NCBI GenBank assembly: GCA_913061415.1
Contig: CAJXUD010000006.1
Span: 63,505 to 127,504 of the forward strand
Direction of reading: 5' to 3'
DNA: 64,000 bases
From: an uncultured Oleispira sp.
GTDB taxonomy: Bacteria > Pseudomonadota > Gammaproteobacteria > Pseudomonadales > Oceanobacteraceae
The translations under genes were made by a program, and so were the position numbers. The notes under the pieces are model-generated. The model ran no database searches. It was given only the letters and a program-made list of their open reading frames with translations, and was not told the DNA's origin. Shown one piece after another: positions 38,341 through 47,169 of the stretch (position 1 is its first letter; each line of letters starts with the position of its first letter).

Positions 38341-38796
38341 ATGTATAGCAAAGGTGCAAATCAATACCGCCAAGTCGGTATGACATCAGAAGTAGAAGGT
38401 GCTGACCCACATCGTTTGATTCAGATGTTAATGGAAGGTGCGCTGACGCGGATGTCACAAGCTAAAAATATGATTGATGATAAAAACTATGAAGGCAAAG
38501 CTAAGTTGCTGGGCCGAGTAATGGAAATCATCGCGACCTTACAATCAAGTCTTGATCATGATCATGGTGGTGAAATTTCATCAAACCTTGAACGTTTGTA
38601 CGACTATATGAATCGTCGTTTATTAGAGGCTTCTAGTGCAAATGACACATTAATGATTGATGAAGTCATGAAGTTGCTGTTAGAAGTGAAATCAGGCTGG
38701 GATGGTATTCGTGCAGAGTATCTAACTTCAACCAGCAAAAGTGTCAATAAAAGCGCCAATATCAGCGAGTCTTCTCTAAAGTCTTTGACTGTATAA
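38341..38796 (+). CDS. fliS: Flagellin-specific chaperone FliS
   Basis: YRQVGMTSEVEGADPHRLIQMLMEGAL and a four-helix FliS pattern. It has a C-terminal Ser/Lys-rich extension of about 25 aa. Confidence 0.9.
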   Translation: MYSKGANQYRQVGMTSEVEGADPHRLIQMLMEGALTRMSQAKNMIDDKNYEGKAKLLGRVMEIIATLQSSLDHDHGGEISSNLERLYDYMNRRLLEASSANDTLMIDEVMKLLLEVKSGWDGIRAEYLTSTSKSVNKSANISESSLKSLTV

Positions 38797-38952
38797 AGAC
38801 TAATCAAATACTGTAAAAAAACAGCTTTTTTAATGATAATCATCTTTAAGCACTCTTTAGGGCTTAAAGATGCTTGTCATCTTGCGTCAAAATCAGCTAT
38901 AAAAGCCTACAGAGAAATAAATTATAAAAATAAAAATATGAGTGCCAGAAGT

Positions 38953-38981
38953 TTGACCTATCAGTGAATAGCTACTTTACT
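38953..38981 (+). promoter_or_regulatory. Possible sigma70 promoter of fleQ
   Basis: TTGACC-N17-TTTACT, about 80 nt before fleQ. Only 4 of 6 positions match in the -10. Confidence 0.3.
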
Positions 38982-39061
38982 ATTAACAGCAAAGTCAAAA
39001 TGATGGCGGGGCCTGGCTTGGATGCTAGTGATAATAAATTTTAAATTAAGGCATGTATCCC

Positions 39062-40525
39062 ATGTGGAGAGAAATTAAGGTTCTGTTGATTGACGATGAT
39101 GTTCAGCGGAGTCATGATCTTAAAGTTGTTTTAGACTTTCTTGGGGAAGAAGCGATTACAGTGAATTCGGATACTTGGTGCAAACAAGTAGAAGCGGAAA
39201 TTACTGAACGCAATGATATTTCGGCTGTCCTTCTAGGCAGTTGTACGAATATTGGTCTGTCTAAAATGGTTGAAGATATTATCGCTTGGGATAATGGCGC
39301 ACCTATTTTGTATTTTGGTGATGAATCCACAGACGCTGTTCCAGAAAATTTACGCCGTGCGATTTTAGCCAATGTAAAAATGCCACCTAGTTATAACAAC
39401 TTATTAGATAGCCTACATCGTTGCCAAGTTTATCGTGAACAGTTCACTCACAACCGAAGCCGCGCTGAGCGCCGAGATGTTCAGTTGTTTAGAAGCCTTG
39501 TGGGTACTAGCCGACAGATTCAGACCGTTCGTGAACTTATTATGCAAGTCGCTGATAAAGATGTGAGCGTATTGATTACGGGTGAATCGGGTACGGGTAA
39601 AGAAGTGGTTGCTCGTAACCTGCATTATCATTCCAATCGTAAATCGGGTCCATTTGTACCTGTTAACTGTGGTGCGATTCCTGCAGAACTTTTAGAAAGT
39701 GAATTATTTGGCCATGAAAAAGGCGCGTTCACGGGGGCGATTACTACACGCCAAGGCCGTTTTGAAATGGCCGAAGGTGGTACACTTTTCTTAGACGAAA
39801 TTGGTGATATGCCTTTAAACATGCAAGTTAAGATATTGCGTGTTTTACAAGAACATACGTATGAGCGGGTGGGTGGTACTAAGACCATGAAAACCAACGT
39901 TCGTATTATTGCTGCGACCCACAAAAATTTAGAGCAGATGATTGATCGTGAAATCTTCCGTGAAGATTTGTACTACCGATTGAATGTTTTTCCTATCGAG
40001 ATGCCTGCATTACGCGATCGAGTTGAAGATTTACCTTTATTATTAAACGAATTAATTTCTCGTATGGAGTATGAAAAACGAGGTTCTATTCGCTTTAACT
40101 CAGCGGCTATTATGTCGCTATGCAGTCATGAATGGCATGGTAACGTTCGCGAACTCGCCAATTTGGTAGAGCGATTAGCCATTCTTCACCCTTATGGTGT
40201 GGTGGGTGTTAATGAATTACCGAAGAAATTCCGTCACGTTGATGAAACCGATGAAAATGGCATGATGCAAGCGCCAGTTTTAGCCGATGTGACACAAGTA
40301 GAAAACGGTTTGGTTGGAATTGACTCACCAGCACTACTGCCGGTTAATGGTTTGGATTTGAAAGAATATCTTAATGATTTGGAAAAATCGTTAATTCAGC
40401 AAGCGCTTGATGATGCCACGGGTGTGGTAGCACGAGCTGCTGAGAAGTTAAAAATTCGTCGTACGACATTAGTAGAAAAAATGCGTAAGTACGATATAAG
40501 CCGTAAAGAAAAAGAAACGGCGTAA
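39062..40525 (+). CDS. fleQ: Sigma54-dependent flagellar master regulator FleQ/FlrA
   Basis: The N-terminus [30 protein letters not shown] resembles P. aeruginosa FleQ as I remember it. AAA+ motifs GESGTGKE and [15 protein letters not shown] are present, with a C-terminal Fis-type HTH. Confidence 0.93.
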   Translation: MWREIKVLLIDDDVQRSHDLKVVLDFLGEEAITVNSDTWCKQVEAEITERNDISAVLLGSCTNIGLSKMVEDIIAWDNGAPILYFGDESTDAVPENLRRAILANVKMPPSYNNLLDSLHRCQVYREQFTHNRSRAERRDVQLFRSLVGTSRQIQTVRELIMQVADKDVSVLITGESGTGKEVVARNLHYHSNRKSGPFVPVNCGAIPAELLESELFGHEKGAFTGAITTRQGRFEMAEGGTLFLDEIGDMPLNMQVKILRVLQEHTYERVGGTKTMKTNVRIIAATHKNLEQMIDREIFREDLYYRLNVFPIEMPALRDRVEDLPLLLNELISRMEYEKRGSIRFNSAAIMSLCSHEWHGNVRELANLVERLAILHPYGVVGVNELPKKFRHVDETDENGMMQAPVLADVTQVENGLVGIDSPALLPVNGLDLKEYLNDLEKSLIQQALDDATGVVARAAEKLKIRRTTLVEKMRKYDISRKEKETA

Positions 40526-40574
40526 TAAACGGTATCTGTCTGCCTTTATATATGTCTTTATATGAAGCAAAAAA

Positions 40575-40630
40575 GTTAGACGCATAAAAGCCCCCACTTT
40601 TATGCGTCTAACGTGTTATTTTCTTTTCTT
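40575..40630 (+). terminator. Rho-independent terminator after fleQ
   Basis: gttagacgcataaaag-ccccca-cttttatgcgtctaac has 16-bp perfect arms and is followed by a T-rich tract. Confidence 0.85.
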
Positions 40631-40751
40631 CCCTTTTCTTGTATATCCTTTCATTTTTGATAATTGATGTCTTTTTACCCTCATCCTGCTTTGTTCGTTC
40701 TGATCCTTATTTATTTTCTGTCACTTTAATTAAAAAATCACGACGTAAAGT

Positions 40752-40767
40752 CGGCACGCTAATTGCT
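40752..40767 (+). promoter_or_regulatory. Sigma54 promoter of fleSR
   Basis: CGGCAC-N5-TTGCT (GG/GC dinucleotides correctly spaced), 56 nt before fleS. Confidence 0.75.
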
Positions 40768-40822
40768 GAATAGCTAGTAATACTATTTTGATGTCGAATT
40801 ACCGACACAGGCAGGAATATTT

Positions 40823-42115
40823 ATGGCTAGCGTCGCTTTATTAGATACAGCGCAAAAAAATCTTTCAAGTCGAGAACACTTGTCGCAAGAGCAGCTTAAC
40901 CGTGAGCAGCTAAAAGATGCCTTTAACTTATTCAGTTCGATGTCGGATCGGCTTTCGCAGAGCTATGAATTTTTAGAATCTAAAGTAGAGGAGCTTAGTG
41001 GGGAACTTGCAGAAGTTTCTTATCAGCGAATGCAAGAGTTGGCTGAAAAGGAGCGGATTGCAGAGCGTCTTGAAAGTTTATTGCACATGCTGCCTGGTGG
41101 GATTTTATTATTAGATGGTGATGGGCGTATTCGTGAGTGCAACCCAGCAGCATCGGCGCTATTACTGCCTGACGCAGTTAAGCGCAATGCAAATAATGAT
41201 GTGAATAAACAAGCGAATAGCGACTCGTTATTAGGTGAACTATGGCGCGATGTGATTAAAACAAGCTTTAGCCCGAAGCCCGATGATGGGCACGAAATAT
41301 CTTTAGTCGATGGCCGCCGAGTGAGTTTACAAACCGCATCGCTAGGCTCCGAGCCAGGGCAAATCATTTTAATCACAGATCAAACAGAAACACGAAAGCT
41401 GCAAGAAAGTTTAAGCCAGCACCAGCGCTTATCGTCGATGGGGAATATGGTGGCGTCATTGGCTCATCAAATTAGAACGCCCCTAAGCGCAGCCATGATT
41501 TATGGCGAGCATTTGCAAAGTTCAGAACTGCAGCCAGAGCAGCGAGAAAAATTCGCCAATAAAATGATGCAAAGACTGCATCACTTAGAGCATCAAATTC
41601 GTGACATGCTTATTTTCGCTCGCGGAGAAGCCCCTCTTAATGATGATCTTGCTTTATCGCAGTTATTGCATGATTGGCAAGAAGCGCTAGAAATTCCTTT
41701 GCAACAACACCGTGCGACCTGTGAGTTTGAGGTTAATAAAGTAGATGTTCATATTCACTGCAATCGAGATGCATTAATTGGCGCTCTGATGAATTTGGTG
41801 AATAACGCTTTAGAAGCCTGTGGACAAGATGCCAAGTTAAAAGTACGGGTGAGCGTAAATGTTCAGTATCAGGTGAATATCGAAATTGAAGATAATGGCC
41901 CAGGGTTTACCAGTGCGATTAACGATCAGATCTTACAACCATTTTTTACGACCAAAAGTAACGGCACAGGCTTAGGGCTTGCGGTTGTGCAGGCGATTGC
42001 GCGAGCGCATTACGGTGAGTTTTCGATTCGTTCTGCTGGTGAAGTCGGTGCTATTGCCAGCTTCCGCTTACCAGCACAGCCGATTGCAAAAGATAAAACA
42101 AACATCAGTCATTAA
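40823..42115 (+). CDS. fleS: Flagellar two-component sensor kinase FleS/FlrB
   Basis: PAS-like region, H-box SLAHQIRTPLSAA, N-box LVNNALEA, and G-boxes EDNGPGF and GTGLGLAV. No TM segments. Confidence 0.9.
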   Translation: MASVALLDTAQKNLSSREHLSQEQLNREQLKDAFNLFSSMSDRLSQSYEFLESKVEELSGELAEVSYQRMQELAEKERIAERLESLLHMLPGGILLLDGDGRIRECNPAASALLLPDAVKRNANNDVNKQANSDSLLGELWRDVIKTSFSPKPDDGHEISLVDGRRVSLQTASLGSEPGQIILITDQTETRKLQESLSQHQRLSSMGNMVASLAHQIRTPLSAAMIYGEHLQSSELQPEQREKFANKMMQRLHHLEHQIRDMLIFARGEAPLNDDLALSQLLHDWQEALEIPLQQHRATCEFEVNKVDVHIHCNRDALIGALMNLVNNALEACGQDAKLKVRVSVNVQYQVNIEIEDNGPGFTSAINDQILQPFFTTKSNGTGLGLAVVQAIARAHYGEFSIRSAGEVGAIASFRLPAQPIAKDKTNISH

Positions 42116-42203
42116 TCCTTGCTTCAAGGTATTAATGGTCAATAACACAATAATAATGAAATGTTGCAGCGCAGCTAATTGCACATAAGTAACGGAGAAA
42201 AAT

Positions 42204-43589
42204 ATGAAAATTCTAGTGGTTGAAGATGATCCGAACTTAAGAGAAGCCATTGTTGATTCTTTGATGATGAAGGGCCATCAAGTGCATGAAGTTTGTAATG
42301 GCGTAGAGGCCGTTAAGGTTATTGCTCAAACCTCGTTGGATATTGTATTGAGTGATATCAATATGCCGCAAATGGATGGGCTGCAATTATTGGCGCATGT
42401 TAAAAAAAATCAGCCGTGGTTGCCGATGATCTTAATGACGGCATATGGCGATGTTGGCCAAGCGGTTAAAGCGATGCAGTTGGGGGCTAACGATTATTTA
42501 ATGAAGCCGTTTGAAGTTCAAGAACTGCTTTCGTTACTTAATAAATACCAAACGACAGCTGCTGTGGTGGAAGAGGATAAGCCGATCGCGGAATCGGCGG
42601 TAAGTAAAAACTTATTCCGAGTGGCCGAGAAGGTCGCGGCAACGGATTCTACCGTTTTGATTTCAGGAGAAAGCGGAACCGGTAAAGAAGTATTGGCACG
42701 CTATATTCATCAGCATTCACAGCGAGTTGGACAGCCGTTTGTGGCTATTAACTGCGCGGCCATTCCAGAGAATATGCTGGAGGCGATGTTGTTTGGTTAT
42801 GAAAAAGGTGCCTTTACTGGCGCTTATGCCGCTACACCAGGAAAGTTTGAGCAAGCCAATGGCGGCACGTTATTGCTAGACGAAATAACAGAAATGGATA
42901 TTTCGCTGCAAGCTAAGTTATTACGTGTTTTGCAAGAGCAGCAGGTTGAACGCTTAGGTGGCAAAAAGGTCATCGATCTTGATGTGCGAATTATTGCGAC
43001 CACTAACCGTGAGCTCGCAGATTATGTGGCGGACGGGCATTTTCGTGAAGATTTATATTATCGCCTAAGTGTATTTCCATTGAACTGGATGCCATTACGC
43101 GAACGGATTGAAGATATAAAACCGCTGACGCAATTACTGTTGCAAAAACATGCGGGAAAAATGAAAAAACCGGTACCGAATCTCAATGCCGAGGCACAGA
43201 AAAAATTATTATCACACCCATGGCCAGGTAATGTCCGAGAGTTAGATAATACCGTACAGCGCGCGTTGATTATGCAGCAAGGAGTTGAGATTACTGCTGA
43301 AGATTTAGTCTTAACCCCTGTGCCGAAAAATCGTCGCTTTGACATGCCAGAAACGTCAGAAAATATTGTAAGTAGTTTATCTGACGCTTCAGTGGTTGAT
43401 AATGCAACGGGTAGCGCGTTAGGCAGTGATTTGAAACAACGAGAAGTTGAATTAATTGTTCAGGCATTAAACGAAGAGCCGAGCCGTAAAGAAGCAGCTG
43501 AAAGGTTAGGTATTAGCCCACGCACCTTACGTTATAAGGTTGCCAAGCTGCGTGAAGAGGGAATCGATATAGAAGCGCAGCTGGTATAA
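42204..43589 (+). CDS. fleR: Sigma54-dependent response regulator FleR/FlrC
   Basis: Receiver (KILVVEDD...SDINMPQMDG...KP), AAA+ motifs ([18 protein letters not shown]) and a C-terminal HTH. Confidence 0.93.
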   Translation: MKILVVEDDPNLREAIVDSLMMKGHQVHEVCNGVEAVKVIAQTSLDIVLSDINMPQMDGLQLLAHVKKNQPWLPMILMTAYGDVGQAVKAMQLGANDYLMKPFEVQELLSLLNKYQTTAAVVEEDKPIAESAVSKNLFRVAEKVAATDSTVLISGESGTGKEVLARYIHQHSQRVGQPFVAINCAAIPENMLEAMLFGYEKGAFTGAYAATPGKFEQANGGTLLLDEITEMDISLQAKLLRVLQEQQVERLGGKKVIDLDVRIIATTNRELADYVADGHFREDLYYRLSVFPLNWMPLRERIEDIKPLTQLLLQKHAGKMKKPVPNLNAEAQKKLLSHPWPGNVRELDNTVQRALIMQQGVEITAEDLVLTPVPKNRRFDMPETSENIVSSLSDASVVDNATGSALGSDLKQREVELIVQALNEEPSRKEAAERLGISPRTLRYKVAKLREEGIDIEAQLV

Positions 43590-43636
43590 GGCTGCACTTC
43601 TTGAAAATAATTCTAATCTTTAATCAATTCTAAAGT

Positions 43637-43652
43637 TGGCCCACAAGTTGCA
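43637..43652 (+). promoter_or_regulatory. Sigma54 promoter of fliEFGHIJ
   Basis: TGGCCC-N5-TTGCA, 95 nt before the fliE ATG. Confidence 0.8.
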
Positions 43653-43746
43653 AAAAGGAAAGATAGATGGCAAAAGTGCCAAAAAAATATAGATGAAGTT
43701 GATTCAAAAGCGTCAACTTCACCAATAAAAGGTCGAGGTGTTGGTT

Positions 43747-44361
43747 ATGGTTAATCGTGCGGATATCAACTCTGTTTTATTACAGATGCGTCAAGTGCGC
43801 CAGCAAATGCAAACCGCAGATCCAGCGTCTGCAGCGGGTCTGCAAAACTCGATTCAACCAACCCAGCAAAATGCTTCCGTAGGGGCTCCGCAAAATAGTT
43901 TTGCGGCTCAGCTTCAGCAGCAAAGAAGTCAGCTAGATCCTTCGATGATGACATCACCTAGCGCGTCTAATTTTAATACGCCTTCTGCTAATAGCCTGAA
44001 TAGCTCAAACATCAATCCGGCAAGTATGACGCCTTCTCAGTTTCGTAATGAACTTACTCAACAAGATTTGATCAACCAAACCGCTGCTTTTGAAACACGC
44101 CCAGGTAATCAGATGAATTTATCTTCATCGTCGTCGACGCCCAGTATTGGTGAAATGATGGGTAATGCGGTTAATCAGGTTAATGATACGCAAATGCACG
44201 CAGGTAGCTTGAGCACTCGATATACGCAGGGCGATCCTAATATCGATCTACCAGAAGTGATGGTAGCGATGCAAAAATCCAGTGTGTCTTTCCAAGCAAT
44301 GTCGCAAGTACGCAATAAGTTATTAGAAGCGTATAAAGACATTATGAACATGCCAGTATAG
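43747..44361 (+). CDS. fliE: MS-ring/rod adaptor FliE, enlarged (about 204 aa)
   Basis: The C-terminus GDPNIDLPEVMVAMQKSSVSFQAMSQVRNKLLEAYKDIMNMPV is canonical and the N-terminal helix is INSVLLQMRQVRQQ. A Q/S/N/P-rich insert of about 100 aa lies between them. ATG at 43747 follows GAGG. Confidence 0.88.
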   Translation: MVNRADINSVLLQMRQVRQQMQTADPASAAGLQNSIQPTQQNASVGAPQNSFAAQLQQQRSQLDPSMMTSPSASNFNTPSANSLNSSNINPASMTPSQFRNELTQQDLINQTAAFETRPGNQMNLSSSSSTPSIGEMMGNAVNQVNDTQMHAGSLSTRYTQGDPNIDLPEVMVAMQKSSVSFQAMSQVRNKLLEAYKDIMNMPV

Positions 44362-44375
44362 TGGGGCATTCTTAA

Positions 44376-46091
44376 ATGGCTAATGCAGTTGCTAACCCAG
44401 AACAAAATAAAGCCGCGGATGATGCGTCATCAGACTTGATGGCCCAAGACACTGACGAACAAAATGAGGGTAATCTTCATCCTGTCGTCGCCGGTTTTAA
44501 TAAGCTATCCATCGTTCGACAAGCGGCTTTGTTAGGTGGATTTGCTTTAGCGATTGCGCTGACAATTGCCATCTTTATTTGGTCGAAAGAACCTAACTAC
44601 AAACCTCTGATCAATCGCATGCAGGATTATAATGCACAAGAAATTGTTGAGGTTCTGCAGCGCGAAGGCTTTGAATTTGAAATAGATCCTACCTCGCAGG
44701 TATTGATGGTACGTGCCGACGAATTGCATGATGCGCGGTTAAAGCTTGCCGCTGCCAGTTTGATTGATGACAAAACGGTCGGGCTTGAGCTGTTGGATAA
44801 TGAATCCAATCTTGGGACTAGCCATTTTATTGAAACAGCGCGCTATCGTCGTGGGTTAGAAGGCGAACTTGCGAGAACAATTGCCAGTATTCAGGCGGTA
44901 AGAAATGCACGAGTGCATCTTGCGATACCCAAGCAATCGGTTTTTGTTCGAGATCATCGCCAGCCAAGAGCATCGGTGTTTTTAGAACTCTATGCCGGTG
45001 CCAACTTGCACAAAGATCAAGTTGAGGCGATTGTGAATCTGGTTTCTTCTTCGATTAGCGAAATGGATAAAGGGTCTGTTTCGGTGGTCGATCAAAAGGG
45101 CAACCTGCTATCGAAGATTGAGCATAATAATCAAGAGCTATTAGCGACAAAGCAATTGCAATATACCGAGCGTGTTGAAGACTCAATCAGCACCCGTGTA
45201 AATAGTATTTTAAAACCTGTATTAGGCATTGAAAATTATAAGGCTGAGGTATCGGCGGATATCGACTTTACGGTCGTGGAGCAATCTGAAGAAACATTTA
45301 ATCCTGATCTAATAGCGATTCGCAGCGAACAGCTAATCAACGAACAAACCGTGAGTGGTGCAGAAGGCGGTATTCCGGGTGCTTTAACAAATCAGCCTCC
45401 AGGGCAAGCTGAAGCCCCAGAGCAGATCGACCCAGCGACTGGTTTACCTATGAATCCAATGGATAAACGCAGCGAAACTACTCGAAATTATGAAGTTGAT
45501 CGTACCTTAAGTTATAAACAGCAGCAGGTTGGGCGTATTAATCGCTTAACCGTCGCGGTCGTGATTAATGACAAGCAGTTGATGAATGCTGAAACTGGCG
45601 AGATGGAATTTTCTCCTTGGAAAGAGAACGACTTAGAACGTTTAGAAATATTAGTGAAAGATGCGGTTGGCTTTAATGCCGCACGGGGTGATAGTGTTAA
45701 TGTCATTAACTCGCCGTTTATGGGTAAGAGCGAAATTGAACTGGGCAGCCCTGAGTTTTGGAGTCAGCCTTGGTTCTGGGAAATTATGAAGCAGGTATTA
45801 GCAGGGCTGTTCTTGTTAGTACTGATTTTTGGTGTCATTCGTCCTACCATTCATAGTATTGCCAATAAAGGCCGTAGTGATGAAGACGGCATGGGAATGG
45901 ACGACTTCTCAGATTCTAGTGATGAGTTTGATGAAGATCGAGTGACCCTGTCTGGTGCTGATGATTTCTTATTACCCGGTGCTTCAGACGGCTTTGAACG
46001 CCAGCTGGATGCATTGAAAGGTCTGATTGCCGAGGACCCAGCACGTGTTGCCCAGGTGCTGATTCAATGGATTAACGCTGAAGATGAATAA
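44376..46091 (+). CDS. fliF: MS-ring protein FliF
   Basis: 571 aa. The TM helix ALLGGFALAIALTIAIFIW, a YscJ/FliF-type periplasmic region, a second TM and an acidic C-terminus give FliF topology. It sits between fliE and fliG. Confidence 0.93.
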   Translation: MANAVANPEQNKAADDASSDLMAQDTDEQNEGNLHPVVAGFNKLSIVRQAALLGGFALAIALTIAIFIWSKEPNYKPLINRMQDYNAQEIVEVLQREGFEFEIDPTSQVLMVRADELHDARLKLAAASLIDDKTVGLELLDNESNLGTSHFIETARYRRGLEGELARTIASIQAVRNARVHLAIPKQSVFVRDHRQPRASVFLELYAGANLHKDQVEAIVNLVSSSISEMDKGSVSVVDQKGNLLSKIEHNNQELLATKQLQYTERVEDSISTRVNSILKPVLGIENYKAEVSADIDFTVVEQSEETFNPDLIAIRSEQLINEQTVSGAEGGIPGALTNQPPGQAEAPEQIDPATGLPMNPMDKRSETTRNYEVDRTLSYKQQQVGRINRLTVAVVINDKQLMNAETGEMEFSPWKENDLERLEILVKDAVGFNAARGDSVNVINSPFMGKSEIELGSPEFWSQPWFWEIMKQVLAGLFLLVLIFGVIRPTIHSIANKGRSDEDGMGMDDFSDSSDEFDEDRVTLSGADDFLLPGASDGFERQLDALKGLIAEDPARVAQVLIQWINAEDE

Positions 46092-46114
46092 CGTGCATAA
46101 GGTAAAGCAATCAC

Positions 46115-47155
46115 ATGGCTGAAAATACAACGCCTGCAGAAACCAGTCCGAAAGAGTTATTGGCGAATTTATCTCGAGTTGAGCGCTCGGCTATCTTGTT
46201 GATGAGTCTTGGTGAAAAAGACGCCGCTGAAATTTTAAAGCACTTGGGGCCAAAAGAAGTTCAGAAAGTAGGTACTTCGATGTCGAGTCTAAAAGGGGTT
46301 CGACAAGATGAAGTTGAAGGCGTAGTGCTTGAGTTTCTTCAAGCCGTTGGCGGCCAAACAGGTATGGGCTTAGGCTCGGATGATTATATTCGTAATATGC
46401 TGACTCAAGCGTTAGGTGATGATAAAGCAGGTGCTTTGATCGACCGTATTTTGCTGGGTGGCAGTACCACTGGGTTGGATTCCTTAAAATGGATGGAGTC
46501 TCGTCAGGTTGCTGATTTGATTCGACACGAACACCCTCAGATTCAAGCCATTGTTATCTCTTATCTTGACGCCGATCAGTCGGCTGAAATTCTGTCTAAC
46601 TTTGATGAAAAAGTACGTCTCGATATTATTATGCGAGTCGCCTCTTTAGAGGCGGTTCAGCCTGCGGCACTGCAAGAGCTCAATGATATTCTAGAGCGTC
46701 AATTCTCTGGTAAAGCCGGAACACAAACTCAAACCATGGGTGGGGTTAAAGTGGCGGCAGGTATTGTTAACTTGGTTGATAGTACGATTGCCAATGACTT
46801 GCTTGAACAAATCAAAGAAACCGATGAAGACATGGGTAACAAGATCCAAGATCTGATGTTTGTATTTGATAACTTGGTTGATGTCGATGATCGCGGTATT
46901 CAGGCATTAATGCGTGAAGTATCGACTGATCTTCTCGTGGTTGCACTTAAAGGTGCTGATAATGCGGTGCAAGAAAAAATCTTTAAGAATATGTCTAAGC
47001 GTGCAGCAGAATTGTTACGTGATGACTTAGAAGCAAAAGGTCCAATGAAGGTGAGTGAAGTAGAGAATGCTCAGAAAGAGATTCTTACCATTGCTCGTCG
47101 CTTGGCTGACGCGGGAGAAATTATGCTTGGTGGTGGTGGTGAGGCTATGGTGTAA
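46115..47155 (+). CDS. fliG: Rotor/switch protein FliG
   Basis: 346 aa with ERSAILLMSLGEKDAAEILKHL and MFVFDNL blocks and a C-terminal charged helix region. Confidence 0.95.
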   Translation: MAENTTPAETSPKELLANLSRVERSAILLMSLGEKDAAEILKHLGPKEVQKVGTSMSSLKGVRQDEVEGVVLEFLQAVGGQTGMGLGSDDYIRNMLTQALGDDKAGALIDRILLGGSTTGLDSLKWMESRQVADLIRHEHPQIQAIVISYLDADQSAEILSNFDEKVRLDIIMRVASLEAVQPAALQELNDILERQFSGKAGTQTQTMGGVKVAAGIVNLVDSTIANDLLEQIKETDEDMGNKIQDLMFVFDNLVDVDDRGIQALMREVSTDLLVVALKGADNAVQEKIFKNMSKRAAELLRDDLEAKGPMKVSEVENAQKEILTIARRLADAGEIMLGGGGEAMV

Positions 47156-47169
47156 ACCATTGAATAGCG

